Of a stretch of 64,000 nucleotides of DNA, positions 14,944 through 32,103 are shown piece by piece; position 1 is the first letter of the stretch; every line of letters begins with the position of its first letter. A model generated the notes under the pieces. That model saw only the letters and a list, made by a program, of their open reading frames with translations. It ran no database searches and was not told the origin of the DNA. Source of the stretch: the human T2T-CHM13v2.0 reference genome, Homo sapiens. Position numbers and translations under genes: made by a program. The stretch lies in NCBI RefSeq assembly GCF_009914755.1, contig NC_060928.1. One strand, given 5' to 3'.

Positions 14944-16636
14944 TAAAAGGGCATCATTCCACCCAATACAGAGGGCTTCACGTGGAAGTGACATTTAAAC
15001 TGAGATTTGAAGCCTGAGTAAGGGTTAGCCTAGTTGGGAAAGGAGAGGAGTACTGGAGGACTGCCCAGAGAGAGCGGGAAGCGCAACGAGGCCCTGGAGT
15101 GAGGTGTGGAGTGCAGCAGAGAGTGCAGAGGAGTGAGGCCGGTGCTTGGGTAAGGGGGCCAAATTGTGCAGAGCCCCAGGAGTCTTCTGAGCCCTCTTTG
15201 GGAGGCTGCCTTTTCCCTTAGGGGCCATGAGAAGTCTTAGAGGGTTTCAGATGAAGGGGAGGGAATGCAGGACACAATTGGATTAACATTTTATAGATTC
15301 AAAGCTGTGTGCAAGAGCCAGGCAGGAACCAGGGAGACCAGTTAGGAGGGTTTTGCTATACTAAAGCAAGGGCTGGTGGGGATTAGAAATAGCTAGCTAG
15401 ATATCTAGAGCGGAGAACTGAAGACTTGATGATTGATTGGATCTGAGGAGTCAAGAGAGGGAGGCTTTAGGAGTAACTCCTAACTTCGTGGCTTGAGCAA
15501 CAGGGTAAACAATGGCGTTATTACTAGGAGCAAGGGAACCTGCAGGGTGACTTGGGAGAAAGGAAGGGCTAAGGATGATTTTGTTGGAGACAGGATGAGT
15601 TGAGCGGTTTGAAGGAGCTGGCTCCAAGAACCGGTGTCCAGTGGTTAGTTAGCTACATGGAGCTCTGGAGAAAAGCCTACCCTAGGGAAAAAGGACTGAA
15701 GGTTGTCACACATCAGATTGTAAATGAAGCCTCGAGAGGAAACAAATGCAGCCAGTGAGAGCTGGAAGAGCGAGAAGAGAAAAGAACGCAGGACACAGCC
15801 CTAAGAAAAAACACGAAACACATTATTCCAGGGTGGAGGCGTCTAGGAGGGAGACTGAATATGAGACCTAGAGAGCACTTGGATTACAGAAAGGAAGAGA
15901 ACAGGGAGTAGTCTGTAGCAACAAATGTTGCCTGGAGGTAAAACAGATACAAACCCAAGAGTGTTCACTGCATTGAGCTTTATCTGGGTCAGCGTGTGAT
16001 TCTGGGTGCAGTGGAGAGATGAAGACCCAGCTGCCGTGGGACTTGGGAGGGCTGCAGAGGGAGAGAAGAGACGACTGTCCATGGAGAGGAAAAAGACAGT
16101 TTAGGATTTGGAGGGGGGTTTGACAAGGGGCTTTGATTTTACTTTCAAGATTGGGAAAAAACAAATGTGTTTAAATGCTCCCTAGTTCCTACCTTTCTGT
16201 AGAGAAACGTAGAGACTGAACATAATACGAGGAGCTAGTCTCCCCCTGAGCAGGGAGTTGAGGAGCGGTCCAGCGTCCAGGAGCTAGGACGGATGAGTGA
16301 CTTCCTCTGTCGTAACGGAAGGGAAGGAAGAAGGCGGAAGCAGTGTAGAGATATGACGGCACGTGTTCCACTTCTTCTCTTCTGGGAGTATCTGTTTTCT
16401 TCTGATGGGGTGGGGTGATCTGCTGAGAGGGTGAGGTGGGGCTGACAGAATTGAAGGGTGGAGATTTGAAGCAGGAGATCAGGAGAGTTGACTCAAGAAA
16501 CAAGGTGGGGCTGCAGGGGTCAAGGAGATGGTGTCTGGGAAGTAACTGAGTCGCCTGGTTGGAAGGGTAAGAAGTTTCAGTTTTCTGATTTCAGAAGAGG
16601 AGCGGATCTGGGACGACAAGATCAAGGTGTGTCCAT

Positions 16637-16885
16637 TGGATGCCCCCCTTTTCTTTTTTTTTTTTTTTTCATTTTTCTTGCTGAACTCCCCTAGCTGGAA
16701 CCTACAGTACCACGTTGAATAGAAGTGGCAAGAAGGGGGTAGTGCAGGCAGCAGGACAGGGTAGTGTGATGTGGTAAACGGCAGCAGGGATTAACTGAGT
16801 GAGTCAGCACTATTTCTTTTTAAGCTATAAAAACAATAGTATTCCCAGAGGCTCCATTCAGCAGATTTGTACTTTTAACTCATTG
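16637..16885 (+). repeat. Direct duplicate of 19261-19505
   Basis: 10 mismatches over 216 bp past the poly-T (hand count), offset 2620 bp. Confidence 0.95.
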
Positions 16886-17642
16886 GCGGCTGAAGGGGAG
16901 AAGAAAAGCAAAGAAGTGAGGAACTCAGGTGTGATGGGTCCTTGAGGTAGGCTTCAGGTCACCTAAGATGCTGATGGTACTTGAGGAGGACAGAGTTCAA
17001 AGCCGGAGCCCAAATCCTCACTGAAAGACAGGAGCCTGGATGGAGCAGTTTACAGGCGAGTGGAGAAGTCCTGGTCCCAGGAGGCTGGGATGAATACAGG
17101 AATGTGCCCCTTGGCTGACCGTGGTCTGCAAACCAGTCTAAGAATGGGCTGTTTCTTTCTTTCTTTCTTCTTTTTTTTTTTTAATCGTGATAAAACCTAA
17201 TTAACCAGATGCTTTAGCATGAAAAATTACCAAGAATGATCTACTGAGTGATCTAATCAATTGCGCAATTAATGAATGCAACTGCAACAAGAAAAAAAAA
17301 TCTTCAAGACAATCAATATGGTTGTTTTCATAAAGACATTCCCTGAATAAATGTCAGTGACTTCACTTTAAGGCCAAATGCAGTTTTAGATTATAAAATG
17401 GTCCTCATTATCCATTCCTTGATTCCCTTTTCTAAGCATGTATAATCCAGACTTGACTAAATCTCTACTTTAAATGCCACAGTTAAGCCTCATACTTCAT
17501 CTGTGTTTTAGTGGAAATGGAGCAGAACTGACCACTATACTCTTCATAATAGGTTGTTAAATCCTTATTGAAGACCATTATTAATTTCACATAGCCTGAC
17601 TTCTTTTTTCCAAGCCATATCCTGCTCCTATTATCTCTTTCA

Positions 17643-18095
<453 letters not shown>

Positions 18096-18309
18096 TTATG
18101 TCTAGGAAAATTTCTACTGGAACAAGGAATTATTATTAATTATTATTATTATTTACAGATATAATTCTTGCCATCCCATGGGTAAGCCAGGGTCTCTTCT
18201 TCTCTGATCTTCAGCAGAATGAAACAAGTCCAGGATGAGTTTTTTGTTTTGTTTTTACAAACATCTCTGGTGGTTAGCAAGTTGCAGCAGTCACAGCTAC
18301 TATACACCA

Positions 18310-18530
18310 TTAGGTGAGAACACACAGTGTGCCAGGTTCTGGGCTAAACATCTTATATACATCTAATTTAAACATCACAAAACCCCCCTGAGGTAGGTGT
18401 TCTTATTATCCCCTTTCTGTGGACAAGGAAACAGCTTAGAGAGCTTAGGTACATGCCTCATGGACACAAGCAAACAAAAAGCGAAACTTGGATTCAAAGT
18501 TAGATCAGTCCAAATCCAAATCCATGCTTT
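18310..18530 (-). mobile_element. MIR
   Basis: TGAGGTAGGTGTTCTTATTATCCCC...AAGGAAACAG. Confidence 0.7.
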
Positions 18531-18569
18531 CAATAAACTGTTTGCTGTTGTGATACAAATTCAAATTCA

Positions 18570-18570
<1 letters not shown>

Positions 18571-18600
<30 letters not shown>

Positions 18601-18605
18601 TGTGT
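18571..18605. repeat. (TG)n microsatellite
   Basis: Directly visible. Confidence 0.95.
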
Positions 18606-18719
18606 AAAGTGGGGAAAGTAGAAGGCTGGGAGGCTACGGGGTAGGGGTTGGATAGGCAGAGAGAGACAGAGAGAGTAAAGGGAGTGGTGAGAATTTTGGA
18701 AACAAGTAAAGCAGAAGCA

Positions 18720-19345
<626 letters not shown>

Positions 19346-19349
19346 TGGC

Positions 19350-19658
19350 AAGAAGGGGGTAGTGCAGGCAGCAGGACAGGGTAGTGTGATATGGTGAAGG
19401 GCAGCAGGGATTAACTGAGTGAGTCAGCACCATTTCTTTTTAAGCTATAAAAACAATAGTATTCCCAGAGGCTCCATTCAGCAGATTTCTGCTTTTAACT
19501 CATTGATCAAATGAGTCACAGAGCCATCTCTAGTTGTAAGCAAGGCTAGAGAGATGAATATAAACTGGGTATATTGCAACCTGGTTAAAAATTGAGGTTG
19601 CATTGGTAAGAAAGAAGAGGAAAATGGATACTGATTAAGCTATTAGCTATGCCTGCCA
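19350..19658 (-). mobile_element. Old MLT1 (J/K-like) fragment
   Basis: CAGCAGATTTCTGCTTTTAACTCATTG...GAGTCACA. Confidence 0.55.
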
Positions 19659-19921
19659 ATATTATTGAGAAGAAAAAAAAATTGATGTCTAAGTCAAGAA
19701 AAAGGGCACCGTTTAGCCAAAAACAATCCTGATTATGTTTTGAAAATTTAGATTTTCTTCTAATGCTAAATATGTTTTTGAGGTTTTTCATAGTTAATTA
19801 CAGGTAAGTGTTTCCAGTGAGGACTGGCTTAGAGGGGAGCTCTTGTGGGTTTACGTGGCAGAGCAGTTCTTTCTACAGGCCATGTGTTACTGCTCTGATG
19901 TGTCAGTCCCAAGGTCTAAGG

Positions 19922-20571
19922 CAGGGATCAGCAAACATTTTTGTAAAGAGCCAGATAGTAAATGTTTTAGGCTTTGGGGGTTATAGGGTATGGCAGGCTG
20001 AAAAATGGGCCCTCCAAAAAATGTTCCCATTCTAATCACTGGAACCTGAGAATGTATTATTTCATATGGCAAATGAGAATTTGTAGTTGTGAGTAAATTA
20101 GGGATCTTGAGATGAGAGTTTATCCTGGATTATCGGGGTGGGCACAGTGTAATCTCGAGGGTCCTTATAAGAGGGACACAGAGGGATTAGAGAGACAAAT
20201 TGTAAGATTCTGTGCTACTTCCTTTGAAGATAGAAGATGGGGCCCAGAGCCAAGGAATGCAGGTGATCTCTAGTTGCTCCAGGACGAATGCAGCCCTGTC
20301 AACACCTTGATTTTTGGATATCTGACCTCCAGAACTTTAGGAGAATAAATTTGTATTATTTAAGCCACTAAGTTTGTTGTAATTTGTTATGGCAGCAATA
20401 GGAAACAAATAGATGTGATTTCTATTACAACTACTTAATTCAGCTATTGTACCAAAAGCAGCTATAGGCAATACATAAGTGAATGGACGGGCCTGTGTTC
20501 CAATAAAAGTTTATTTACAAAACCGGTAGGCAGGCTGGATTTGGTCCATGGGCTGTAGTTTTCTGACTCCT
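19922..20571. mobile_element. MER58A split by MLT1D
   Basis: CAGGGATCAGCAAAC...CCAGATAGTAAATGTTTTAGGC; resumes ~20413 with GTTCCAATAAAAGTTTATTTACAAAA. Confidence 0.8.
19988..20412 (+). mobile_element. MLT1D-like LTR
   Basis: GGCAGGCTGAAAAATGG...TTTAAGCCACTAAGTTTG...GCAGCAATAGGAAAC. Confidence 0.8.
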
Positions 20572-20624
20572 GATCTATGTAATCTCCAATTGCGCAACAT
20601 CAGTTTGTCTCTCTCTCTCTCTCT

Positions 20625-20923
20625 CTTTTTTTTTTTTTTTTTCAGACAGGGTCTCACTCTGTGGCCCAGGCTGGAGTGCAGTGGCATGATCTTAGCTTAT
20701 TGCAGCTTTGATCTCCCAGGCTCAAACGATCCTCCTGCCTCAGCCTCCTGAGTAGCTGGGACTACAGGTGGGTGCCACTGGGCCCAGATAGTTTTTTATT
20801 TTTTGTAGAGATAGAGTTTTGCCATGTTGCCTAGGCTGGTTTCAAACTCCTGGACTCAAGTTATCTGCCCACCTTGGCCTCCCAAGGTGCTGGGATTACA
20901 AACGTTAGCCACTGCCCCCAGCT
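20625..20923 (-). mobile_element. AluJ
   Basis: Diverged reverse Alu. Confidence 0.92.
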
Positions 20924-21479
20924 GTCTCCATTTTTTAAATTAAAATACATAATGTTCTAGTAAATATTCTTGTGGGCAATTCATTGGACCTGTCTTAGAT
21001 TACATGCCCAGAGTAAATTCTAGAAATGAAATTCCTGGTCTTCTCCGAAGACGGAATTGAGTGGGGAAAAAAAAGAAAATGAAAAAAGAAATAAACACAA
21101 GATATTCTTGGTCAAATTGTGTCTGCCCTTTCTCCTCCAGTGAGCTACGATGAAGCCACAGTAATCCACATTCCCAGGGGAACACAGGTGGTCTGCCTCT
21201 CCATGTGCTCAGAGTGCCAATTCTTGGTAAGGAGATATAGGGACTGGAGTGAAACATTGGAATAATGACTCATATTCATGTTTTATAAACAAATTTAAAA
21301 TATTGGATCAGGTTATTTATCTGGAAACCCTGAAGTTTGGCTGTTTAAAGGGCTATTTTAAATATAGGCAACAGAAAACAAAATACAAAGTCTTATTTCT
21401 GACACTTTAAAATGTTGGCAAAGTGTCTTCCTTGTTAGTATGGTGGTGAGTATCCCCACCTGTCATAAAATGGCAAATA

Positions 21480-21783
21480 GGCTGGGTGCAGTGGCTCATG
21501 CCTGTAATCCCAGCACTTTGGGAGGTCAAGTTGGGAGGATCATTTGAGTCCAGGAGTTTGAGATCAGCCTGGACAACACAGAGAGACTTTGTCTCTCCAA
21601 AAAAATTGTAAAAATTAGCCAGGCATGGTGGCATGTGCCTGTAGTCCCAGCTACTTGGGAGGCTGAGGTGGAGGGTGACTTGAGCCCAGGAAGTGGAGGC
21701 TGCAGTCAGTGAGTCAAGATCCCATCACTGTACTCTGGCCTGGGCGACAGAGTGAGACCCCCATCTCAAAAAAAAAAAAAAAA
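21480..21783 (+). mobile_element. AluJ
   Basis: TSD AAA(A/T)TGGCAAATA. Confidence 0.93.
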
Positions 21784-22334
21784 TTGGCAAATAATTACAG
21801 TCTTTCCATTTCACTCAGCCCCTACACTGAGCATGTTCATAGCTGGGACAGTATTAGCATTTGGTTCTCTTAGTATTGACCCATTGTCAATGGAAAATGG
21901 CCGGTTACATGTGATTTTCTCATTAATTGTCTACAGTTGAAAGGACAATATTTCTGGAATGTGCTCTTGACCAACTTATTTTTACTATAAGAGAACCTAT
22001 CCTTGTATTCACAACCTTATTCTTGCTGATCTTTACAGGAATTTCACTTTGGAGCCCCTATTTGGGGAAGTTAATATGTAGGAGAAATGATTGGTGAATT
22101 CATTCTTTGCTATTTGGGGGAAAGAAAAGTCAGTACCTCTTACTTTCCCATAAAATTCCATGTGATTCTAAGATCATTCTTTAATTATTCTGGTTTTACC
22201 AAGGATCCCCAAATTGGGGGTTCTATTCAGATCAGCCAAGAGTCCTTATAAAATTCTTCGGGGCACTCCACTGGCACAGTGTTGGGATCCTGCATTAAAT
22301 AGGGTGTGTGAAGAGACCAGGCACACACTTAATT

Positions 22335-22550
22335 ACAGCTAACATTTGTTGAGAATTTAGTTATGTGCTGCATCAGGAAAATTATTCTAATTAACTCTTA
22401 CAACATCTTTGAGAGCTAGGTATCATTATTGTGCTTATTTTATTGTTAAGGAAACCGGGGCATTGGGGCATTATAATAAATAGAATTACTGGGAGTTGAA
22501 CACAGGCAGTTTGATTCCAAAGCCCTTACTTTGCACTGTGGATTATACTA
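22335..22550 (-). mobile_element. MIR
   Basis: AGCTAACATTTGTTGAG...TAAGGAAACCGGGGC. Confidence 0.65.
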
Positions 22551-22584
22551 GATAGTCAGTAGATGCAGTCTTCGTTTATTTATC

Positions 22585-22920
22585 CAATCAATCAATCAAT
22601 CAATCAATCAGGGTGTTCATTTATTGGGCTTGGTGTACATCAATAAGCAAAACAGATAAAACTCCTGTTCTATTGGAGATTTACTTTCCAGTGGGGATGA
22701 AGTGGGGGGCCAAGATAATAAACAACCAACAATCAACATACTAATCTTATTAATATAGTAAGCATAATAACATATAAACATATTAAATTAATCATAAAGT
22801 ATGTTAGAAGGTGTTAAGCACAATGGGAAAAAAAAGGAAGAGAGCAGGGGAACGGGGAGTGGGTCTACGTAGACAGGCTTCATTGAGAGCCTGGCATTTG
22901 GACAACAATTGAAGGAGGAG
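22585..22920 (-). mobile_element. L2 3' fragment
   Basis: (ATCA)n end and AACAGATAAAACTCCTG. Confidence 0.55.
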
Positions 22921-23267
22921 AGCGGGTTTTTTGGGCTCATATCCAATTCCTCTTTTTCTATAGTTGTAAAAATTTCTCAGTGAAATTTGCACCAGTATAA
23001 TATCTGCTACCTACTATTTATAGGGTGATGTTGTACTTACAGTACCATCTGTAGGCTCCTTGGAATTTTTATTAAGCAGAGGACCCAAACTTAAATTATC
23101 AAGTTACTGAAAACTGTAACCAATAATATACAGCTTGGTCTCAATTATTTGGACATTAGGTGAAAACAGAGATGTCCTTCCCCGCTGCCTCCAGTATGTC
23201 TGATTTATATGTATGTGGACTCAATCCAAAGGATATCTATAAAACTCAAGGACAAGATAAACAATCA

Positions 23268-23405
<138 letters not shown>

Positions 23406-23538
23406 AAAAGATAAACAATCATAGGTAACTGACCTAGGGAACTAGAAGAGAAGTTACTTTAAAGCCAAATATGTATTTCTTCTCTGGTCTTGATTATTGT
23501 GCAGAACTCTTCCAGTGAAAAAGCATAATAATACATGA

Positions 23539-24060
<522 letters not shown>

Positions 24061-24152
24061 CTCGAGATATTTTGATGTGTCAATTATTATAAAAAAAGAG
24101 GGAATTAAACTGGCATCTACATCTAAATATCTAAAAAATAAAATAAAGTAAA

Positions 24153-24571
<419 letters not shown>

Positions 24572-24718
24572 TCAAGGGTGAAAAAAAAGAAAGAAGTTTT
24601 ATCTATTACAGTTGCAGTGAAAAAAAAAAAAAAGAAGAAGAAAGGAAAATAGAAAAAAAGGAAAAAAGAAAAGAAAATTTAAAAGCCAAAAATAAGTGAA
24701 GAAAGAAGAAAGGAAAGC

Positions 24719-25133
<415 letters not shown>

Positions 25134-25644
25134 CTAATTGTTTTTTAACTATGACAATTGTGAAAGAGGTATTTGTGCTTGCAGAGAGTGACATGAATTC
25201 ACTATTTTGCTAGTATGCTAATGCCTATCTTTGGGAGGTAAAAATCAGGCAATAGTGGTAATTCTTATGAAGGTTTTTTTTTCTGTACATCATGTCAATC
25301 AATGTTTGACCCATATATCCATTTGGGCTGAGAAAAAAATTCTTTTATTAGGGATTTTCAAATTACAGAAATTAATTTATTTGTGACAAGGTTGAAAGAA
25401 AAGGTACAGAATAGGAAAGAATAGAAAATGCCTGTGCATTGCATATTGTGAAGGTGAGTATTGTATTGTGTATTTTGTGTACTAGATTATGAGGAAAATG
25501 CATTTCTTACTATAAAAATGTTTTAAAGATTGAAATTCAAGCTTTAAATCAATTGAATTAGGGTTAATGTGATCCCCAGATCATGAGGAAGCCATTGAAA
25601 TCCTTCTGAAGCTCAAATAATATTGAGTTTAGTAGAGAAGCATT

Positions 25645-25850
25645 GAGTGAGTATCTGTCCTGGTTCAAATCTAACCTCCACCACTTCTTAATAGTATGAC
25701 TCTGAGCCTTTCTTTCCTTACCTATAAGATGGTAGAGTCCACTTCATAAAGTTGTTTTGAGTATCAAAAAAGAGTTAATATATGTAAAGTGCTTAGAAGA
25801 GTGCCTGGGACGTAGTGAGGACTGCATGAGTGTTGGTGGTTATTACTGTT
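25645..25850 (+). mobile_element. MIR
   Basis: GTTCAAATC...TATGTAAAGTGCTTAGAAGAGTGCCTGG. Confidence 0.75.
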
Positions 25851-26024
25851 GTTGTTGTTATGTGATGATGAGCACTGTGAGAGATTTCACATGCAACGTC
25901 TCATTTAACCCAAGACTATGTATGAGTCTTAGCGCACACCATGTTCTACACATTATCTGACGTAGAGCCTGGCTAGTTGAATTTTAAGCAGAAATACCCA
26001 AGACCTTAAAAAGCAGCCATCTTC

Positions 26025-26200
26025 CAGTCCAGCAGTGATGCACACCTGTAATCCCAGCTACTTGGAAGGCTGGGGTGGAAGGAACACTGGAGCCCAAGAG
26101 TTTAAGGCTGCAGTCTATGATGATTTCTCTTGTGAAAAGCCCCATACTCCATCCTGGGCAACATAATGAGATGCACCATCTCTAATAAAAACAAACAACA
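26025..26200 (+). mobile_element. FRAM/FAM-like Alu monomer
   Basis: CCTGTAATCCCAGCTACTTGG...GGCTGCAG...CCTGGGCAACATA. Confidence 0.8.
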
Positions 26201-26239
26201 AAAACCTCAACCTCTCCTAGCTGTTCTTTTATACTAGAT

Positions 26240-26888
<649 letters not shown>

Positions 26889-26932
26889 AATTACATACAC
26901 TGGATCTAATTCATCATCACATTTTTCTTTTA

Positions 26933-27304
<372 letters not shown>

Positions 27305-28274
27305 ATCTAAGGTTGTATAAATGGAAAAGGATGAGTGTTGTCTATTTCATGCTAAAAGCACGAGGAGGTCTAGCTTTTCTAGTTAATCTGATGGAGATAG
27401 GTAGCCCAGAACCATACAATTTGGCCATCTTGTGGATAACATTTATCATTTCACTCATTTCACTTAGGGTTGTATAGTCTTCCAATGTCTGCAATTCCCT
27501 TAATGGCCATTAGAGTCGCGGACGAGAAAAAAACTCTTCAGAAAACGGTGTGAATAATGGGAGCAAGAGAAGAAGTTCCTGGTTATAGCCCACTCATATA
27601 TTTTTGAAATATAGGTCAGATCTAGAGGAAATGAAAGAAACTTCCTGTTGAATTTTCATTTATAGTATGTGTCTGGAAATCTCTAAATGTAATTTCTTGG
27701 TGTAAAATAAACTGCAGAAATCTGGGATGTGTCAGTCTGCTTTATGTTTATTGAAGCCATTCTATTTGAAGCTGAAATGTTGTAAAATTATATAGTGGAG
27801 TGAACAGCTACAATTAGTTTAACAGACACGACCGTATTCCTCAATTGAAAGGCTGTCAAGACCTTAACAATCAGACACAAAAAAGATCCAGGAATCCCAT
27901 AAATCCTATCTCCTAGGAAGGATAACATTTCCCTTTGATTGCTACACATCCCTTTGCATGTGTTATTACCTTCTACCCTGTTTTTTGTGATTAACAAAAA
28001 GCACTGTCCAAAGAGAAACAGTCACAAATAATGTTTTAAAAGATTTTAACAGGTTAGGACAACCTGGAAGTTTCAGTGACCCCAACCAAGCACTAAAAAT
28101 AAAAACTGGTTTGGGTAAAACTATGAAAACCTCACCACTAGTGTGGCAAACATCACCGTTTACCTTATCTTCAGTCTACTTTGATTTTGGATTTTTCTTC
28201 TAAACTGAGATGAGGACCCTATTGTTAATATTTGTTAAAGTAATGCCACTTGATAGATGCTACTTGATGTCACT

Positions 28275-28783
28275 TGTAGCAGACACTGCCGACTGCCTCT
28301 GCAACCGATGGTGGGAGCCCCAATTTTGTGATTGTGTTTATGCTCCTTCACATGTCCATATGCTCTTTGAAGGTGACCCTGATTCCCATCCAGGGGTAAA
28401 TCATGATTTTGCTGAGCCACTCATGGCAATTCCATTTTCCTTTTTAGTGATTGGTTTAAGGAGGGGCTCTGATCTAATAAGCCATGTGTGAAGGTCTCCT
28501 GGGAGGCTTCTGGAGAAGTCTTCTCTTCTTTTGGGGTATGTCGTTATATCTGCATACAATGCCTGGAGGAGTGTAGCCGTCTTGTGACTCTGGCACAAAG
28601 CTGACACATTGAGGAATGCAAAGCAGAGAGATGGAATGGCTGGGTCCTTCATGATGTCATTAAAGCATCAAACCTTGCAGCAACCTACATTGAGACTTTG
28701 TAAAAATGTGAGATAATTAATTTTTCTTAATGTGTAAGTTAGGATTTTCTGTTACTTGCTTCCCTAGACACCCTAACTAATAC
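28275..28783 (+). mobile_element. Old MLT1 (K/L-like) LTR
   Basis: TGATTGGTTTAAGG...TTTTCTGTTACTTGC...CCTAACTAATAC. Confidence 0.6.
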
Positions 28784-28980
28784 TGCCAGAAGAAAAATAT
28801 CTATATTAAGGCTCTTGGGGTTAGAGACTTCTGCTTCACAGGCTGAGCTAAGACTCGGCCTCTAGAAGACTAAAAAGGCAGCATACTCTTGAGCAAAGAG
28901 CCCTGGACTTAGGGTTAGAAAAACTAGCTCCGAATCACACCTGCCATTTATTATTTGTGTGATCTCAGGCAGATAATTTA

Positions 28981-29340
<360 letters not shown>

Positions 29341-29549
29341 TCAGATTAACAATGTTAACTCACAGTCTGGCAGTGAAGGTTCAGTGAAGTAGTGTGTATG
29401 AAAGGCCACCAGGTGGAGTCTCCTTGAGGGCAAAGTTTGTGTTGTGCTCATCTTTGTATCCTTAACAGACACTAGCTAGCATATAACCACAAATACTTTT
29501 ACAGCACCTACTCTGTGCCAGTATTTTCCACATTGTAAGCATTTATCAT

Positions 29550-29842
29550 GTTTTGTTTTGTTTTGTTTTTGAGATGGAGTCTCGCTCTGTTGCCCAGGCT
29601 GGGCATGATCTTGGCTCACTGCAAACTCTGCCTCCTGGGTTCAAGCCATTCTTGTGCCTCAGCCTCCTGAGTAGCTGGGATTACAGGCATGCACCACCAC
29701 ACTCGGCTAATTTTTGTATTTTTAGTAGAGGCGGGGTTTCACCATGTTGGCCAGGCTGGTCTCAGACTCCTGACCTCAAGTGATCTGCCCGCCTCAGCCT
29801 CCCAAAGTGCTGGGATTACAGGCGCGAGGCACTGCACTTAGC
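29550..29842 (-). mobile_element. AluS inside a MIR
   Basis: Reverse Alu; MIR sequence continues to ~30030. Confidence 0.93.
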
Positions 29843-31171
29843 TTATTATGTATTTTAAAGTATTTTTCTATGTATTAACTCATTTAAATCTCAGAACAAC
29901 ACTGTATTAATTATTTCCCCTCTTTACAGATGAAGAAAGGCTCAGAGAGATTAAGTAATTTTCCATGGTCACCCAGACAGGAAATAGTAGAGCCAAAATT
30001 TGAATTCAGGATCTTTCAGAGTCTAGGGTCTCATTTACAATATATGCTACATAGTGGGGGCTCAGTATTTGTTAAATGGATGAATGGTGCCCACTAGCAG
30101 TTCAATTAATGTTTATTGGGAAAATGGGACATAGTAGTTGAATAACAATTTTTTTTTCTTAAGAAGAAATACATAGTGATTTTTTTTTTTTCTGTTTGGA
30201 AATAAAGAGGTTTTTCCAAGTTCAAGAGGTTTCCATCTGGGGGGCAATTTTCATGGTAAAGAGAGTGGCCGCCAAGGCAGCCATCTGAGGGATTAGGCCT
30301 GAATACAGTTACTGTTCTCTCTCAGGTCCAGAGAGTCTCTGAGATGAATAATGTTTCTAGTTTCTCTATTTCACCCTCTCCAAAATGGCCTCTAAGAGCA
30401 CATGCTGGGACTCTCCTAGCTACTAGAACATAATAGCCACACACCCTGACTAGTCCTCAGCTAAATGTTGGTTGGGAAGACGAGTTTGCCTCCTGCTTTG
30501 CATGTCCTGTTTGCTGTTTGCTGTGGTGTTGTTGTCAGCATCAGCACTGCTCTGCTCAGCACACTACCACCCCCATCCACCTCGTTAAAAGCAACAAACA
30601 GTCCTAAGGAAAGAACTCTAACAAGAAAATCAAACACACAAATAATGAAAATAATAAATCCCACCCTAAGACAGATCATTGACTCATAGCTCAGTGGATA
30701 TGCTCTTTCTCCTAGGACAATTAATAGCAGGGCCTTCCTCAACCTCAAGAGATCAAGCTGACTGCCCAATGGGAAAGAGTTGGTTTGGGAGGAAGTCTTC
30801 TTCAGAATGACAAGGGACATCTTAGAAGGAGGCCACCTCCTCTTCTTGCAAGCCACACATTTAGTTTTTTTCAGTGATCCTATCGCCTCTGGAGTATATG
30901 GCCTTCTTCCTTTCCTCTCCAAGCCTCCTTTCCCTTCCTCCATACTTCACTCCCCCCAGTCCCCATCTTCCTGGGGAAGTCACAATTTCCATGATTTGTC
31001 TAGAGTTATTATAGTATGCAAAAAGCCAACCCTAGAATTTGTCTGTGCAGAAATATTGCTTTCAAACCAGTCCACGTTCCACAACTCATATACCTCATAA
31101 ATACAAATGAAGCAGGAAGTTTTGTGGTAATTTAGTAGAACAAAAGAACTAGTAAACATTAAACTCTAAAC

Positions 31172-31497
31172 CAGCACTGTTCAATAGAAATACAACGCAA
31201 GCCACAAAGCAAGTCACTAATTAATATGTAATTAAAAATTTTCTGGTAACCACATTAAAAAGTAGAAAGAAACAAGTGGAATTAACTCTAGCAATATATT
31301 TTATTTAATCTGATATATTTAAAAGATCATTTCAACAGAGTCAACATAAAAATTATTAATGAAATATTTTATATATATATTTTAATAGTACATCTTTGAA
31401 ATCAAGTTTTACACTTAAATCTCAATTCAGACTAGCCACATTTCAAGTACTCAGTTAACCACATGTGGCTAGTGGCTACCATATTGGACAGCACAGC
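31172..31497. mobile_element. MER33-like hAT MITE
   Basis: CAGCACTGTTCAATAGAAA...GTGGCTAGTGGCTACCATATTGGACAGCACAG. Confidence 0.85.
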
Positions 31498-31800
31498 TCT
31501 ATACTACTCATACCTTTTCACATATTGTTCTTAATTTTTCTGAACAGTCTAATGTATTTTTGCATGAATCTAACCAGTGTGTTTAATCTCTATTGGATTC
31601 TTTTCCCATAAATTATTATATTAAAATATATGTCAGTTATATTTATACATTGCATGCTTGTGTATATTTAAATATATATTAAAATACCTCTGTGATTTGT
31701 ATGGTCCATTTACATAGGCTGTCATTTATGAAATTGATCTAATTATCTTCTGTTGCATTGCTATAATGATTGTCCATTTACCTATTGGGCAACTGGGTAA

Positions 31801-32103
<303 letters not shown>

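Noticed and set aside
30461-31100. Overlapping 74-160 aa ORFs in unique DNA
   Set aside because: No recognisable domain or supportable exon structure
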